Source: Eledone cirrhosa (taxonomy: Eukaryota). From it: a DNA stretch of 64,000 nucleotides. The stretch spans positions 231,694,001 through 231,758,000 of the forward strand of contig OZ024740.1 in NCBI GenBank assembly GCA_964016885.1. Direction: 5' to 3'. The notes under the pieces are model-generated. The model was not told where the DNA came from. It was given only the letters and a program-made list of their open reading frames with translations, and searched no databases. Positions 42,553 to 56,405 of this stretch are shown here, piece by piece. The position numbers and the translations under genes are program-made. Positions within the stretch are counted from its first letter, which is position 1; each line of letters opens with the position of its first letter.

Positions 42553-42588
42553 ACTGCCTGAAGAGGTCACCGAAATATATATAGCAGT
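42553..42588 (+). ncRNA. Minimal type I HHR, family L
   Basis: actgc CTGAAGA ggtcacc GAAA tatata TA gcagt, then AATAAA. Confidence 0.88.
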
Positions 42589-42734
42589 ACACCTTTAATA
42601 AACGAAGCCAAATTTTAAATATTTGACTTAATTATTTCATTTTACATTTCTCCGGAGTAACCAAACCAACCTGCGTACTTCGTCGAGTGCTCCAATCTGC
42701 ATACTGAGTTGTCGGTAAACAACCAACATATACT

Positions 42735-42823
<89 letters not shown>

Positions 42824-42826
<3 letters not shown>

Positions 42827-43362
42827 CAACTAGAAATTGATTGACATATATATATATATATATCTAAAATAAACATATGAAACAATCGCAGGGAATAATT
42901 TGTAAAAGTGTATATGCACACATAGCCAGGTAGGTAACTAATTAAAGTTTAACTAGAACTAGAACTCAGCTGCTATTTCTAGTTGTCGATAACCCTATTC
43001 ACGCCACTGGGATGAAGCTGGTATGATGTGTGTATTTTTGAAAAATGCAACACGTGCTGCTAGTCTATTGCAGATTTAAATTTGCTGTGTAAACACAAAT
43101 AGTTAGATCTCCCTTGTTGAAAATCCAGGATTTGGCTACTGTGGTTTACCGATCGATTAATGGTGAAATATATTTCTTTAATGAAATATGTACAAGGAAG
43201 ATTAATCAATTTATAAGGTATCTATTTTTAAAGTTCTAGTTAAACTTTAATTAGTTACCTACCTGGCTATGTGTGCTTACACACTTTTACAAATTATTCA
43301 GTGTGATTGTTTCATATGTTTATTTTAGATATATATATGTCAATCAATTTCTAGTTGATATA
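42824..43362. repeat. Inverted repeat (~130-bp arms, ~270-bp spacer)
   Basis: 42824-42960 is inverted at 43232-43362. Confidence 0.9.
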
Positions 43363-43456
43363 AAATGCTCGGATCTATTCATTGGAATCTTGGAGCATAT
43401 TCTACAGTGGATATGGCGCATGTCTCTCTGACAAGACACCCTTAATTTAGTTTTGG

Positions 43457-43487
<31 letters not shown>

Positions 43488-43612
43488 TAACATATTAAAG
43501 TTTAAGCAAAGAATCGCTGCTTTCACCCTAAACGGGATCTTCTGAAACTAAAATAATAAATATTTCGAAAAACGTTATATATATATATATACACACTATA
43601 CATACAGACACA

Positions 43613-43731
<119 letters not shown>

Positions 43732-43739
43732 GTCATAAT

Positions 43740-44165
43740 GACGTAATGTAGACAGCCAGTCATATGAGCGATAAAATAAAGCACCAGTAATACACTGTAT
43801 AATTGCTGGCCTTGTGCCAAAAGTAGAAACAATTATAATGGCGCAACGTTATCCTTACGGGGTCGATAAAATAAAGTACCAGTAATGTACTGGATAATTG
43901 CTGGCCTTGTGCCTAAAGTAGAAACAGTTATATCTATGTATCTATTTAAAAAGAGAAAGACTAAGAATTATATAGAGAGATCGCTAAATTGCCTAATGCG
44001 GTCCCTAGGTCATTGAAAATTTGAATTTCTTTTTGCTCAAAACACTCACGGGACCATAAGTCTTACATGTGTAAATTTGAAAAACTCGGTTGGGTGGTTT
44101 TCGAGTTTTAGTGATTGGACGGACAGACAGACAAACAGACATTCTCTGTTTTAGTAATATAGATA
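43740..44165 (+). mobile_element. HINE/DINE-1-like element with SINE 3' fragments; reverse copy at 55630-55900
   Basis: ggacggacagacagacaaacagacattctctgttttag terminus. SINE tails at 43770-43930. Confidence 0.55.
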
Positions 44166-44220
44166 TGACGTTGAGTGGTGGAAGTGAATTGCATCCTTGT
44201 ATACCGAATATATATATATG

Positions 44221-44405
44221 AAAATGTTTAACCCCGACGGCAGAGATCAAGCCGTTTCGACGGCTATTTCTGGACTGAAATAGCCGTCGAAACGGCTTGA
44301 GCTCTGCCGTCGGGGTTAAACATTTTCCTATTACCCACTCTACTAAGTATTAAGTACTCTGGTGCGTTATGGTCCATCTGGCTCTTTACCACACTTCCTT
44401 CGTAA
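44221..44405 (+). repeat. Family B hairpin mini-element (3' half of HHR in both arms)
   Basis: ...gacggctatttc-tggact-gaaatagccgtc GAAA cggcttgagctctgccg TC gggg. Confidence 0.88.
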
Positions 44406-44695
44406 TTTCCTACCTATAGTTACTCGCACATTTCTTGGTTTGTTGTTTTTTTTTCGCTGTTTTGTTAGTTTTCTCTTTTCTTCCCCTTTGCTTTCCTTCC
44501 CTCCCTCCTTCGTTTTCCCAATAACTTTTCCAGTTATTGACGCCCTGGGGTGAAGTGGTATCTTGTCTTTAAAACGTAGAAATATCCGAGACCCCCAGGA
44601 GACAACTGATGAGGAACCCCCCATTCTTGCTTTCTTCGTATTCCCACTGCATTTTAAGTTACCTTAAATAGCAACTACACAGCCATTTCTATTCT

Positions 44696-44763
<68 letters not shown>

Positions 44764-45097
44764 ATGCGTATGCTGTCGGAATACTATCTATACATATATA
44801 TAAAACTGTAGTTGTCTGTGTGTGTATGTGTGTGTTTGTGTGTGTGTGTCCTCATTTTTGCAAAGTCTATACAAATCCACATTTCTACTCCGATTGACTT
44901 TAAACTTGCATTTATATATTTCTTGCTGTCTAAAGATATTAACTGCAGCTTTTATTTTTCAATTTTCTGTTGTTAAAGGGGTGTTAGGTTCCGGTTATCG
45001 ATCTACTTCGCGCCCTTATAATATCTGTCTCTATGCCTGGCTGTCTGCATAACGACATTATGACCAACACGTCATTGCTGACGTATTATCTTCGCCA

Positions 45098-45205
<108 letters not shown>

Positions 45206-45280
45206 TATACATATACATATATATATATATACACACATATATATACACATATATACATATACACACACATATATACACAT

Positions 45281-45346
<66 letters not shown>

Positions 45347-45414
45347 ATACATATACAAACATATATACACATATATATATATACACATATACTTATATAT
45401 AAATATACACAAAA

Positions 45415-45460
<46 letters not shown>

Positions 45461-45507
45461 TTAGGGCGGGTAACATTCCCGAGATCCATGGACGAGTTCA
45501 CTCCAGC

Positions 45508-46260
45508 GTGGGTTTTTGCTGTGTAAAAAGGTTATAACAAGAAAATAGAAATATCAAAAAAATTCAAAAATTCCGCAATAAGGGGGAAACTTCCGAGGGT
45601 CACTCGTGGCGAAAACCACACAAAAGACCAAGGCCACCCTGACCACCAGGGCAAGCGCCCTCTCTCAGTTTTCCACCCCTCAGTCTACAGGCGCATAATC
45701 AGAGCGAGTCCGGTCAAGCGCCGGAAATGTCCAGATGCTCGGCACCGCTCTCAAAGAATATGAAGCAGTGAGAGGAGCAAAGTAAAACCATGAAAATCGG
45801 TGGGCTTGCAGCTCGGCACCTGGAGAGAAAAGTCCATGCCGCCCGACAGTGTCGTGGGGCGCTGGACGGAAGGACCGGTTAAATTGCTCGGGGTCTGGTT
45901 CGGTCCGGACCTCCAGATGGAGAAAAACTGGAGCGAGGTGACGAACAGGGTGGCCTTTCTCCCCCAGAAATGGGCCGAGAGGAAGCTGTCCCTGAAAGGT
46001 CGGGCAGAGGTGGCGAATGCGTTCCTCGCATACGTCATCTGCTACCGCCTAACGGTTGTGCCTTGCCCCGGCCCAAATCTGACAAAAATGGGGTGCCTCC
46101 TCTTTCGCTTTTTATGGAAGTGACGTGCTCCTATGGTCAGACGATCCATCTGCTGTCAACACCCGTTGCGTGGAGGGCTGGGCGTGCTGTGGCTGATGAT
46201 GCGCAAACACGCGCTACGGCTGCGACATCTCTGGTGCTTCCTTGACGGTGCAAAAATGAG
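45508..46260. mobile_element. L1/Tx1-like fragment with internal inversion
   Basis: 45722-46255 (+) reads VKLLGVWFG...WAERKLSLKGRAEVAN...FLWK. 45508-45720 is the element 3' end on minus (cf. 31210-31330). Confidence 0.78.
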
Positions 46261-46300
46261 GACACACACACACACACACACACGCGCGCGCGCACGCACG

Positions 46301-46377
<77 letters not shown>

Positions 46378-46529
46378 GCACGCACGCACACATACACACA
46401 TACATACACACAGTTTCACTTTTATATGTATGTATAGATATACATACATATACAAACACATATGCACATATATATATACACATATACATATGTATAAATA
46501 TACACATAAAAATCTATCTATCTATCTAT

Positions 46530-46750
46530 CTAGGGCGGGTAAAATTCCCGAGAGCCATGGACGAGTTCTCTCCAGCGGTTTCTGTCCCTCATTATCGCTG
46601 CCATATCCTGCGTCTCCAACAGACCAGTGTCTGTCCCGAGGGCATCAACTTATGTTAACTTCGGTCTTCCCCTTCCTGTGTGTCCGTGCAGGGTCTCCCA
46701 CAGAAGCACTGAGTGCAATGTCAACTCTGGATGACGGTGAGCATGTCCAG
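46530..46750 (-). mobile_element. RTE-like 3' end
   Basis: Copy of 1991-2210. Confidence 0.85.
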
Positions 46751-47334
46751 TTTGTGAGTTTTAACAGGCACTCACAAATAAACGTTTCTCATTGGAGGTG
46801 TTATTACCAATCTTCTTACCCGTGCAACTCTGGGATACACTGCTAGTGTTTTTTATATTTTAGATTGTATTTAGTTTATCGGTAATTTTCTTAGCGCTTG
46901 CTAATTTCCTTGATGAAGAAATGATTGAAGATTACACATTCAAACTGAGTTTAAGGATAGAAATATCGTTCAGGTGGAATGCTTGGTTCTGTAGGAGTGT
47001 TTCAGCCAAAATGTTCTAAAGAAACAAATCTGTTAAAGTTGATAAAAACAGTCTAGACAAAGTGATGAGGATAATCCTGATAGGAACGGTAGTCAATAAG
47101 TGAGAGTTTATCGATTTGCTGGATTCTTTTTCCCCATCGAAATATGGTGTAGATTGTCTTTGATTAAAAGTGGTGCATTATCTCAAGCGTTACCAGCAGC
47201 ACGATATTCAATATGAAAACGAAACAATTTAGTATGGGAAAGTATTTGATGTTGAGTTTTATAGTATTAGAGCATCTTTAATATTGTCGAAAAGTGACAA
47301 CAAACAACAACAACGACAATAACAACAGCAAAAC

Positions 47335-47520
47335 TAATTGTTTCTACTTTTGGCACAAGGCCAGCAATTATCCCAGTACGTTACTGGTACTTTATTTTAT
47401 CGACCCCGTAATGATGAAAGTCAAAGCTAACTTCGGCGGGATTTGAACTTAGAGCATAAAGGGCCTTAACTCTATATCACGAAGCATGGTGTCCGACGCT
47501 CTACCGATACTGCTAATCCA
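47335..47520 (-). mobile_element. Meta-like SINE
   Basis: Reverse complement of the 17021 family. Confidence 0.85.
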
Positions 47521-47667
47521 AATACATCTGAACATTTTCAACGTAATTTATGAATGGTAGCTTCGTTTCTGGCAATTTAACTCTTTGCAAATAGTCGGAG
47601 TTATTATCCCGACATCACTGTTTTACAGTAGGAATATATATCTTTTAATCATATATTATATTATATT

Positions 47668-47900
47668 AGTACCAGTAATGTACTGGGTAATTGCTGGCCT
47701 TCTGCCAAAAGTAGAAACAATTATATTATATTCAATTTACGGACGCTATGCTTTCCAGCATAGTTACGTCTCTTTGCGATCTGAGTTCAAATCCCGCCGA
47801 GGTTGACTTTGCCTTTCATCCTTACGGGGTCGATAAAATAAAGTACCAGTAATGCACTGGGTAATTGCTGGCCTTGTGCCTAAAGTAGAAACAATTATAT
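47668..47900 (+). mobile_element. Meta-like SINE fragments (tandem)
   Basis: agtaccagtaatg.actgggtaattgctggcc occurs twice. Confidence 0.8.
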
Positions 47901-48929
47901 TATATTCAATTTAGCGACCGTGCTGTAGTTTACATCACGTCATACTTGGATGGTTTCTGTAGCGTACAGGCTTTCTTCTGTGAAGAAATTACTAACTCCT
48001 CCAGCCCGTTCAACCCTTCTCCGTTTCTGGAGAAAAGGACACTGTGAGAGAAAAGGACACGTGGCCCGTTTCACGGTGAAACATACCTGATTTCGAAAGA
48101 CAGGGAGGAAATAAAAAGTGAGAGCAGTATCGAGCCATCTTCTTGAAAAATACTTTATCTATCGACCTCGGTGGAAGCTGAACTCAGAGCGCAGATCCCG
48201 GAATAAATACCATGAGACATTTTATTTGATATTCTAAGACCTCTACCAATTCGCAGCTATTTTTAATCGTATAAAAACCGACCTCCATACCCCGTGAGGG
48301 GATTCATATTATTTTTTAATGCACGCCAAGGGAGGTAACTTTGAGTCACGTGTAGTTTGTAGCGTTGGTGACAGTATGTTGATGTTTCATCGTTACCATG
48401 ACTATCAATGTTATTTTTCTATTCAAGAAAACGTTTAAACATAAATTTGAAAGCAGAGGCAAAAGAAAATAGTTAGTTAGATCCTGTCAACAAAATCTCC
48501 ACACGGTTTAAATACACAGCAAGTCTCCGATTTCCGAATGGCTAAATGTCAGCGGAAGGGCACTCAGGAGTCATGGCCAGGATGCAGCCAAGACTCCATA
48601 GAGTGTAAGACGGTAAGGGCCGAAACACTCGCTTGAGGGGTGTTTCTTCTCTGACAACCTTCTGCTATCCAGCTCTCCTGAGAGTTTTTCACCACTATAT
48701 CAAATATATTTTCAGATTACGGACTGTTCCATAAAATAGAGTAACTTGGTCATGGCGATTACTTGTAAGTTTATGTGGCTTAAATTGAAAATATTACTAT
48801 TTACTAATTAATATTTTCAATTTAAGCCACATAAACTTATATTAGTCTGAAATCCTTCACCATCAACAAATTAGGAGCCACTGAAAACCATCAACACAAT
48901 TACTAAGACATATGTAAAATGTATACATC

Positions 48930-49348
48930 AGTATGGATGTTCTTCTGGTTTTATGGTTTTATAAATGTTTACCAATAGAGAGAGAGAGTCGGTTTCTAAC
49001 ATAACTACAAGACTCTCCTCATTGGAATTTACACAACATCAACTAGGTAAATGTGTCTGCATGTCTGCATGCATGTGTGTGCAGGTATGGATGTTATTGT
49101 ATATGTGGATGTTTTGAGTTATATGTGTGAATGTGTATATGTTTTGTATCTGTACAAGTGTACACGGAGGTATTATATGCAGAATTTTTGGAATGTTTTA
49201 CATATTTTAACTGTTCGATTAATGGATTGTACTTGTAATTTTCTGACTAGTCATGTTTGTTTCTGTTTCTGTGAAGTCCAGCTTCTCAAGATTTGTATTG
49301 AGGCAGTTACTAACATATCCCAGTGCCCCATTAATGACAGGTTAAATC
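48930..49348 (-). mobile_element. Short 3' fragment of an R4/Dong-like element
   Basis: Homologous to 49670-50070; its 5' junction runs into (TATG)n. Confidence 0.8.
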
Positions 49349-49669
49349 TGTATGTATGTATGTATGTATGTATGTATGTATGTATGTATGTATGTATGTA
49401 TGTATGTATGTTTAGGATCTGTTACAGGTTCGTGTGACTGGCTAAAAGTGCACCATTTTCTATAATCCAACAAGCGATGGCAGTACTCTTAGCAGAATTT
49501 GCAGCCATCATGTATGTATGTATGTATGTATGTATGTATGTATGTATGTATGTATGTATGTATGTATGTATGTATGTATGTATGTATGTATGTATGTATG
49601 TATGTATGTATGCATGAATGTATGAATGTAAGTATGTGTGTATGTGTGTGTGTGTATGTATGTATGTAT

Positions 49670-51190
49670 GTTCCTCTGGTTTTATAATTTCTCAGATTTT
49701 TTTCCCAATAGAGAGAGAGTCGGTTTCTAACATAGACACAATACTCTCATTGGAATTTACACATCAACTAGGTAAATTATGTATGCATGCATGCATGTGT
49801 AGATATTAATGTTATTGTATGTGTGGATGTGTATGTTTTGAGTTGTATGTGTGCATGTGTATATGCTTTGTATCTGTACATGTGTATATGCAGTTATTAG
49901 ATGCAAAAGTTTTGGAATGTTTTACATATTTTTACTGTTCCATTAATGGATTGTACTTGTAATTTCCTAACTAGTTGTGTTCTTTCTGTTCTTGTGAAGC
50001 CTAGCTTCTCAAGATTTGTATTGATGCAGTTACTAACATATCCCAGTGCCCCAATAATCTCAGGCATAAATCTGAAAGTATAATCAGGGCTGAGTATCTG
50101 CAGATTTCTCATCAGTTCTGCATAAATATTCTCCTTTTCGCTAATCTTTGATATTATATTGGCATCTGCTGGGCAGCTAATTTCCACTACTGTGCATGCT
50201 TTCTTATCTCCTTCTAATATCATAATATCTGATCTGTTATGCCTGCATTTTATTGGGGTTTTTATTGGAACATTCCACCAGTACTCTTTCATATTATGTA
50301 CGTGGATGTCTTCCACATTGCTGTAGCTTTTAATGTGTTTATTATCTGGGCTATCTTTTCTACGGATTGCATTGTACAGTGGTTTGGCCACTATATCATG
50401 CCTCATAGGTAGATAGTACCGCGATGACACCTTTGGACAGCTGCTGATGACATGGGTGATATCCTCGATGTTAGTTCTGCAGAGTCTGAACTTGTTATAA
50501 CACCTAAGTGTTTTGCCTGCATCCCTATCTCTTTTGTGAATCAGGTATTTCGTGTTAATTTCCTGTTCTTGGATTGCAAAAGCGTATCCTTCAAGGTGGG
50601 AGCCAATATAGCGGTTGTTGGTCCAAGATAGACTACTTTCTTTATCTATATTACTCTCACTCTGGAGCTTCTTGGCAACATATCCATGCATGATTTTTTG
50701 CTGATAAGCATGCCGTTTTTCATCAATGGATTCACTGCGATACTGCTGAGCGATTTCCCTGAGTGTGAATTTTTGATTATCACACAGGGAATACCTCTCT
50801 AGGAGTTCCTTCCCAACTCTCATGATCTCATCTGTTTCATCCAGATAGACTTGCTCGAGAGACGTTCGCATGCGCTTTGAGGTTCGTAGATGTTGTCGGA
50901 GGGATATGATGCGACATTCAAATGTTGTCTGGACTGATGTTAGGCCTCTGCCTCCCTGCTTACGTTTCAAGTAAAGGCGGTCTATGTCACTGTTGATGTG
51001 GAAGTTTCCGGTGTTGTTTAGTATTTTTCGAGTTCCAACATCAACTGCTCGGATTTCGTCTATCGTCCAATTGAGTACTCCAAACATTGGTGTTAGGACA
51101 GGCACAGCAAACACATTGTGAGCCACTGTTTTGTTTAGCGCAGAGAGTTCCGATGACCAAATCTTTCTTAATCGGGTGTAGTATTCCCTG
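49670..51190 (-). mobile_element. 5'-truncated R4/Dong-like non-LTR retrotransposon (RT thumb, CCHC, RLE) in (TATG)n
   Basis: The 409-aa ORF has RLYLKRKQGGRGL, (C)RLC...EDITHVISSC, MRHDIVAK, RSDIMI, VEISCP and EKENIY. Confidence 0.9.
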
Positions 51191-51879
51191 TATGTATGTA
51201 TGTATGTATGTATGTATGTATGTATGTATGTATGTATGTATGTATGTATGTATGTATGTATGTATGTATGTATGAATAAAACTATCGTTTGTTGTAATCA
51301 ATTTAGGTGAGGTAGGTTTTGGTGTCGCCATTTAGAACCAAAACCCTTTTGGCAACAAATGATCTGGCTAGCAATTTATTTTTATGAGGAAGGCTAATCA
51401 TTTATTCTACATAACGTTAAATTAAAGAGTTAGTACTGCCATACTACTCGATAGCTTCACTATTAAAACTAGTTTAGTTACTTGCTTTGAGTAGAGATGG
51501 CGCTTCTGTTTCCAACAACAGGTGACATCTAAACAATATTTACAGTACACACTTCCACGAGTGTCGCGTTCTTCTGTTATCTTTTTATGTTTTAACCAAA
51601 TACATTTCTTTTATACATAACACAACTGAAGACATGTTAATGAAGAATATTTCCACATAATGTATTCTGCATTTTTGACAAAGTATGCAAAGGTCAAGTG
51701 AGCCCCGAAATCGATAGAGAGCATATATGCTTGATGCTTGCTGAAGCTGGACTGCTGATAAGGGAGTAAAACTATCATTTACACGAATATTCTGCTATAC
51801 GTGCAAATGTTGCCAAAATGGCTACACTCAAGCTTTCCATTCAAATTTGTCTCAGTATAGGCATCAGTAAAATACCAAA

Positions 51880-52120
51880 TCATCATCATCATCATCACTG
51901 TTTTACATCCATTTTTCACACTATCATGGGTTAGACGAGTTGTCTTATTTTGGGTAATGCTAGGTCAGGTGTACATGCCTTGCTCATACAGAACTGATTT
52001 AGGCTTGGTTTCTACAGCTGGATGCCCTTTCTAACGCCAAACTCATTTACAGTGAGTACTGGGTGCTTTAGTCGTGACGCTTACACAACCACTTTACAGT
52101 GTGAGCTGAGTGCATTTTGT
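51880..52120 (-). mobile_element. SINE or LINE-tail fragment ending in (GAT)n
   Basis: (atc)n...catgggttagacg...ggatgccctttctaacgccaa. Related to 55222-55390. Confidence 0.5.
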
Positions 52121-52154
52121 CCAAAGAATTCTAGGAATATTATAAGTTATAGAA

Positions 52155-52348
52155 GGGCGGTGGATTGGCAGTATCGGTAGAGGGTCGGGCGCCATGCTTT
52201 GAAGCATAGAGTTACCTCCCTTTATGATCTGAGTTCAAATCCCGCCGAGTTTAACTTTGCCTTTCATCCTTACGGGGTCAATAAAATAAAGTACCAGTAA
52301 TGCACTGGGATAATTGCTGGCCTGGTGCCAAAAGTAGAAACAATTATA
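52155..52348 (+). mobile_element. Meta-like SINE, full length
   Basis: Same family as 17021. Confidence 0.88.
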
Positions 52349-53035
52349 TGTTATAGACAGGATTATAGTAAACAGGGAGGTTTAACATTGTCACCGTGTC
52401 ACTAACTTGGACTTTGTTTTCCGTTTTCCCAATTCACACAAAGCCCTTTGGTATATACACGCCACTACCTGTTGTTGGCTAGCTTTCTATGCTCCTATGC
52501 AAGGAAACAGCTATGCCTCATCTGTTATGTATCAAAACGTTTGAATGTTGGAGTAGCAGGATGTATTTTACAAGTATCTACATGCGTTACAATTGGACAA
52601 TATATAGATCTGATGCGTTAGAGTAAAATATCGATTGCACTTTCCTGTTGTATAATAATGGATTAGTTATTATTTACAATTGATTGGTCATATTTCCATG
52701 GATTTTCGATAAAGCACACACACTCACCCAAACACAGAATCATGTTTGATAAACAGTGATATATCTAACCCCCCTCTCTCTCTCCCTTTCACTTTCCTTC
52801 CCCACTCTCTCTCTCTCTATATATATATTTATAAATACATAATACATATATATATATTGCTCGTTTCACCTATTTTACTTGTCCCAATAACTTTATTTGT
52901 TATTGCTCGCGCCAACTAGAGGTATATGAGTTTTAAAGCGATGAAATACCAATGAAAGTTGGAAGATCACGGATGAAGGACTAATTTTATTCATATGTAA
53001 CCCATGTGCAACCATGCAGCGCTCCATTTTTCTCT

Positions 53036-53067
<32 letters not shown>

Positions 53068-53225
53068 TTGGTGCTGTGAAATAGCGATATATATATGAAT
53101 GTATATATAGTGTATTTTGCAATATATTGTATGATTAATTAAAAGCATTTCGAAGAACTTACGCTATTGTTTTAGAGTAGTGACAGTCTCACTTACTTTA
53201 AAATGTCAGCAAACAAGGGAGATAA

Positions 53226-53270
53226 AGCTGACAGAGCTATGTTTCGTACGGATTGGTACTTATCAAAACC
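53226..53270 (-). ncRNA. Type I HHR, family M, U3-A8 core
   Basis: ggtt TTGATAA gtac-caatcc-gtac GAAA catagctctg TC agct. Confidence 0.8.
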
Positions 53271-53546
53271 AAGTACTCCACCTGTTTGCTGAAAATCATG
53301 AATGTTTGATTCTTATAGAATTTCTAGTAATAATCAGGAACTGATTATACAGAGCGGCTGCCGGTGAAGCAGAAATTGAAAATTAGAATTGGCGGTCTTA
53401 AATAGCTATATATATATGAATGTATATATAGTGTATTTTGCAATACACTGTATGCGTAATTAAAATAATTTCGAAAACCTTACGCTATTGTTTTAGAGTA
53501 GTGACAGTCTCATTTACTTTAAATTTTCAGCAAACAGGGGAGATAA

Positions 53547-53591
53547 AGCTGACAGAGCTCTGTTTCGTACTGATTGGTACTTATCAAAGCT
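53547..53591 (-). ncRNA. Type I HHR, family M, U3-A8 core
   Basis: agct TTGATAA gtac-caatca-gtac GAAA cagagctctg TC agct. Confidence 0.88.
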
Positions 53592-53919
53592 AAGTACTCC
53601 ACCTGTTTGCTGAAAACCATGAATGTTTGATTCTTATAGAATTTAGTAATAATCAGGAACTGATTATACAGAGCGGTTGCCGGTCATGCAGAAATTGAAA
53701 ATTAGAATTGGCGGTCTGAAATAGCGAGATATATATGAATGTATATATAGTATATTTTGCAATACACTGTATGCTTAATTAAAAGTATTTCGAAGACCTT
53801 ACGCTATTGTTTTAGAGTAGTGACAAATAGTACTGTCACTACTCTAAAACAATAATTAACCATAGAGTGTATAACCTTTTCGTTATGTTCGATTATATGA
53901 ACTTCTCAGCCTAACCTCA

Positions 53920-54074
<155 letters not shown>

Positions 54075-54173
54075 TTGGTAATTCTATTTGGACCATTTTC
54101 TGTAGTCAAAATTCGATAAAAGCGATTCCATTTTCAATTTTTTCAATCGCCACCGTATAATAAATCACATATG

Positions 54174-54240
<67 letters not shown>

Positions 54241-54357
54241 ATCAGGAAAAATATTATATATCAGAATACTCTGGTGGGTTATGGTCTAGCTGGTTTTGTC
54301 CACACCCTATCTGATATATATATAGATGGACGTTAAGCGATGTTGTTGATGATGATG

Positions 54358-54400
<43 letters not shown>

Positions 54401-54405
<5 letters not shown>

Positions 54406-54604
54406 AACAAGTATGACCCCGACGGCAGAGCTCAAGCCGTTTCAACGGCTATTTCTGGCTATTTTTTAGTCCAGAAATAGTCGTCGAAATGGCTTGAGCT
54501 CTGCCGTCGGGGTCATACTTGTTCCTATTACCCACTCTACTACCCTAAGTATTGAGTACTTTGGTGCGTTATGGTACATCTGGTTCCTTACCACAATTCC
54601 TTCG

Positions 54605-54606
<2 letters not shown>
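54401..54606 (+). repeat. Family B hairpin mini-element
   Basis: 54401-54458 is inverted at 54470-54528, plus tail. Confidence 0.9.
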
Positions 54607-54659
<53 letters not shown>

Positions 54660-54892
54660 AAGAGATATTCAATTTGTTGGTTATTCAGCGAATTTATTTA
54701 TAACAGATTCGAAGCACTCTACAGTTTCTTCTGGAGTATAATATAAATGATATTAATACATGGAAACTATCTTTATAAAACCATATATATTTTATTATAT
54801 ATATTTCAAGGTTACCAAAATTTTGATACCCTTGAAATATTTATAATAAAATAAATATGATTTTATAAAGATAGTTTCCATGTATTAATATC

Positions 54893-54946
<54 letters not shown>

Positions 54947-54948
54947 AT

Positions 54949-55212
54949 CTAAGGCGGGTAAAATTCCCGAGATCCACGGACGAGTTCTCTCCAGCGGTCT
55001 CTGTCCCTCATTATCGCTGCCATGTCCTGCGTCTCCAACAGACCAGTGTCTGTCCTTAGGGCATCAACATACGATAACCTTGGTCTTCCTCTTCTCGTGT
55101 GTCCATGTAGGGGCTCCCACAGGAGCACTGAGTGCAATGTCAACTCTGGATGACGGTGAGCATGTCCAGCTAACCTCTGTGTCAGCTCAAAAAAAAAAAA
55201 AAAAAAAAAAAT
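54949..55212 (-). mobile_element. RTE-like 3' end
   Basis: Copy of 1991-2230. Confidence 0.85.
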
Positions 55213-55402
55213 ATATATATATAATCACCATCATCATAATCATCATCATCATCGTTTAACTTCCATCCACCACGCTAGCATGGGTTAGACGGTTTTGTTC
55301 CAATTGATGCGGGCATGGTCGGGAGACCGTGTCTCGCTCGTACGGAACTGTCTCTGGCAGGTTATTTTACTAATACCAAACAGATTTAGAGTATATATAT
55401 AT

Positions 55403-55562
55403 ATAGGAACCAGTAAGACCCCGACGGCTGAGCTCAAGCCGTTTCGACGGCTTGAGCTCAGCCGTCGGGGTCTTACTGGTTCCTATTACCCACTCTACTA
55501 CCCCAAGTATTGAGTACTTTGGTGCGTTATGGTCCACCTGGTTCCTTACCACATTTCCTTCG

Positions 55563-55564
<2 letters not shown>
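55403..55564 (+). repeat. Family B perfect hairpin (TTCG loop) plus tail
   Basis: ataggaaccagtaagaccccgacggctgagctcaagccgt-ttcg-acggcttgagctcagccgtcggggtcttactggttcctat. Confidence 0.93.
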
Positions 55565-55634
<70 letters not shown>

Positions 55635-55932
55635 AAAACAGAGAATGTCTGACTGTCTGCTTGTCTGACTCTCTAAAACTCGAGAACCACCCAACTGAAT
55701 GTTTTCAAACTTTATACATGTAATACTTATGGTCCTGTGAGTGTTTTGAGCAAAGAATATTTCAAATTTTCAATGCCCTAGGGACTGCATTAGGCGATTT
55801 AGCGATCTCTCTCTATAATTCTTAGTCTTTCTTTTTAGATAGATACATAGATATAACTTCGCGCCCTTATAATATCTGTCTGGATGTCTACATTATGACG
55901 CTGTGTGTGTGTATATATATGTGTATATAGTG

Positions 55933-56010
<78 letters not shown>

Positions 56011-56125
56011 GTGTGTTAGGTTTTTCTAAATATTTACTTCTGCGTTCACAGATTGAATTTTTTAGTTTCAGAAGATCCCGTTACGGGTGAAAGCACCGAT
56101 TCATTGCTTAAACTTTAATCTGTTA

Positions 56126-56181
<56 letters not shown>

Positions 56182-56325
56182 TATATTCGTGTACAGATAT
56201 TTTTACATACACAATAACAAATACAAACAAATGTATTTATTTCACGAGGCACGATAAGGTTAAATTTATAACAAATATATAAGAACCCTAGGGCAAATCC
56301 CGAGCAACGCCGGGCCATTCTGCTA

Positions 56326-56405
<80 letters not shown>

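Larger units (their letters stand above)
40275..42740 (+). mobile_element. 5'-truncated Penelope-like element (GIY-YIG plus long 3' region) abutting the RTE
   Basis: ITWYNPPYS...FPREHRYRKIFNRHTVKLSYS, CNCRNPELC...LIYGCRV...YIGATSTSFKARWYNH, and CKLCLSE. Confidence 0.88.
53061..53872 (-). repeat. ~320-bp tandem array (about 2.4 units) with one HHR per unit; retrozyme-like, family M
   Basis: Units start attagaattgg at 53061, 53382 and 53701. Terminal fold-back at 53806-53853. Confidence 0.9.

Noticed and set aside
44606-44640. CTGATGA motif as HHR
   Set aside because: No downstream GAAA with stem III or stem I pairing.
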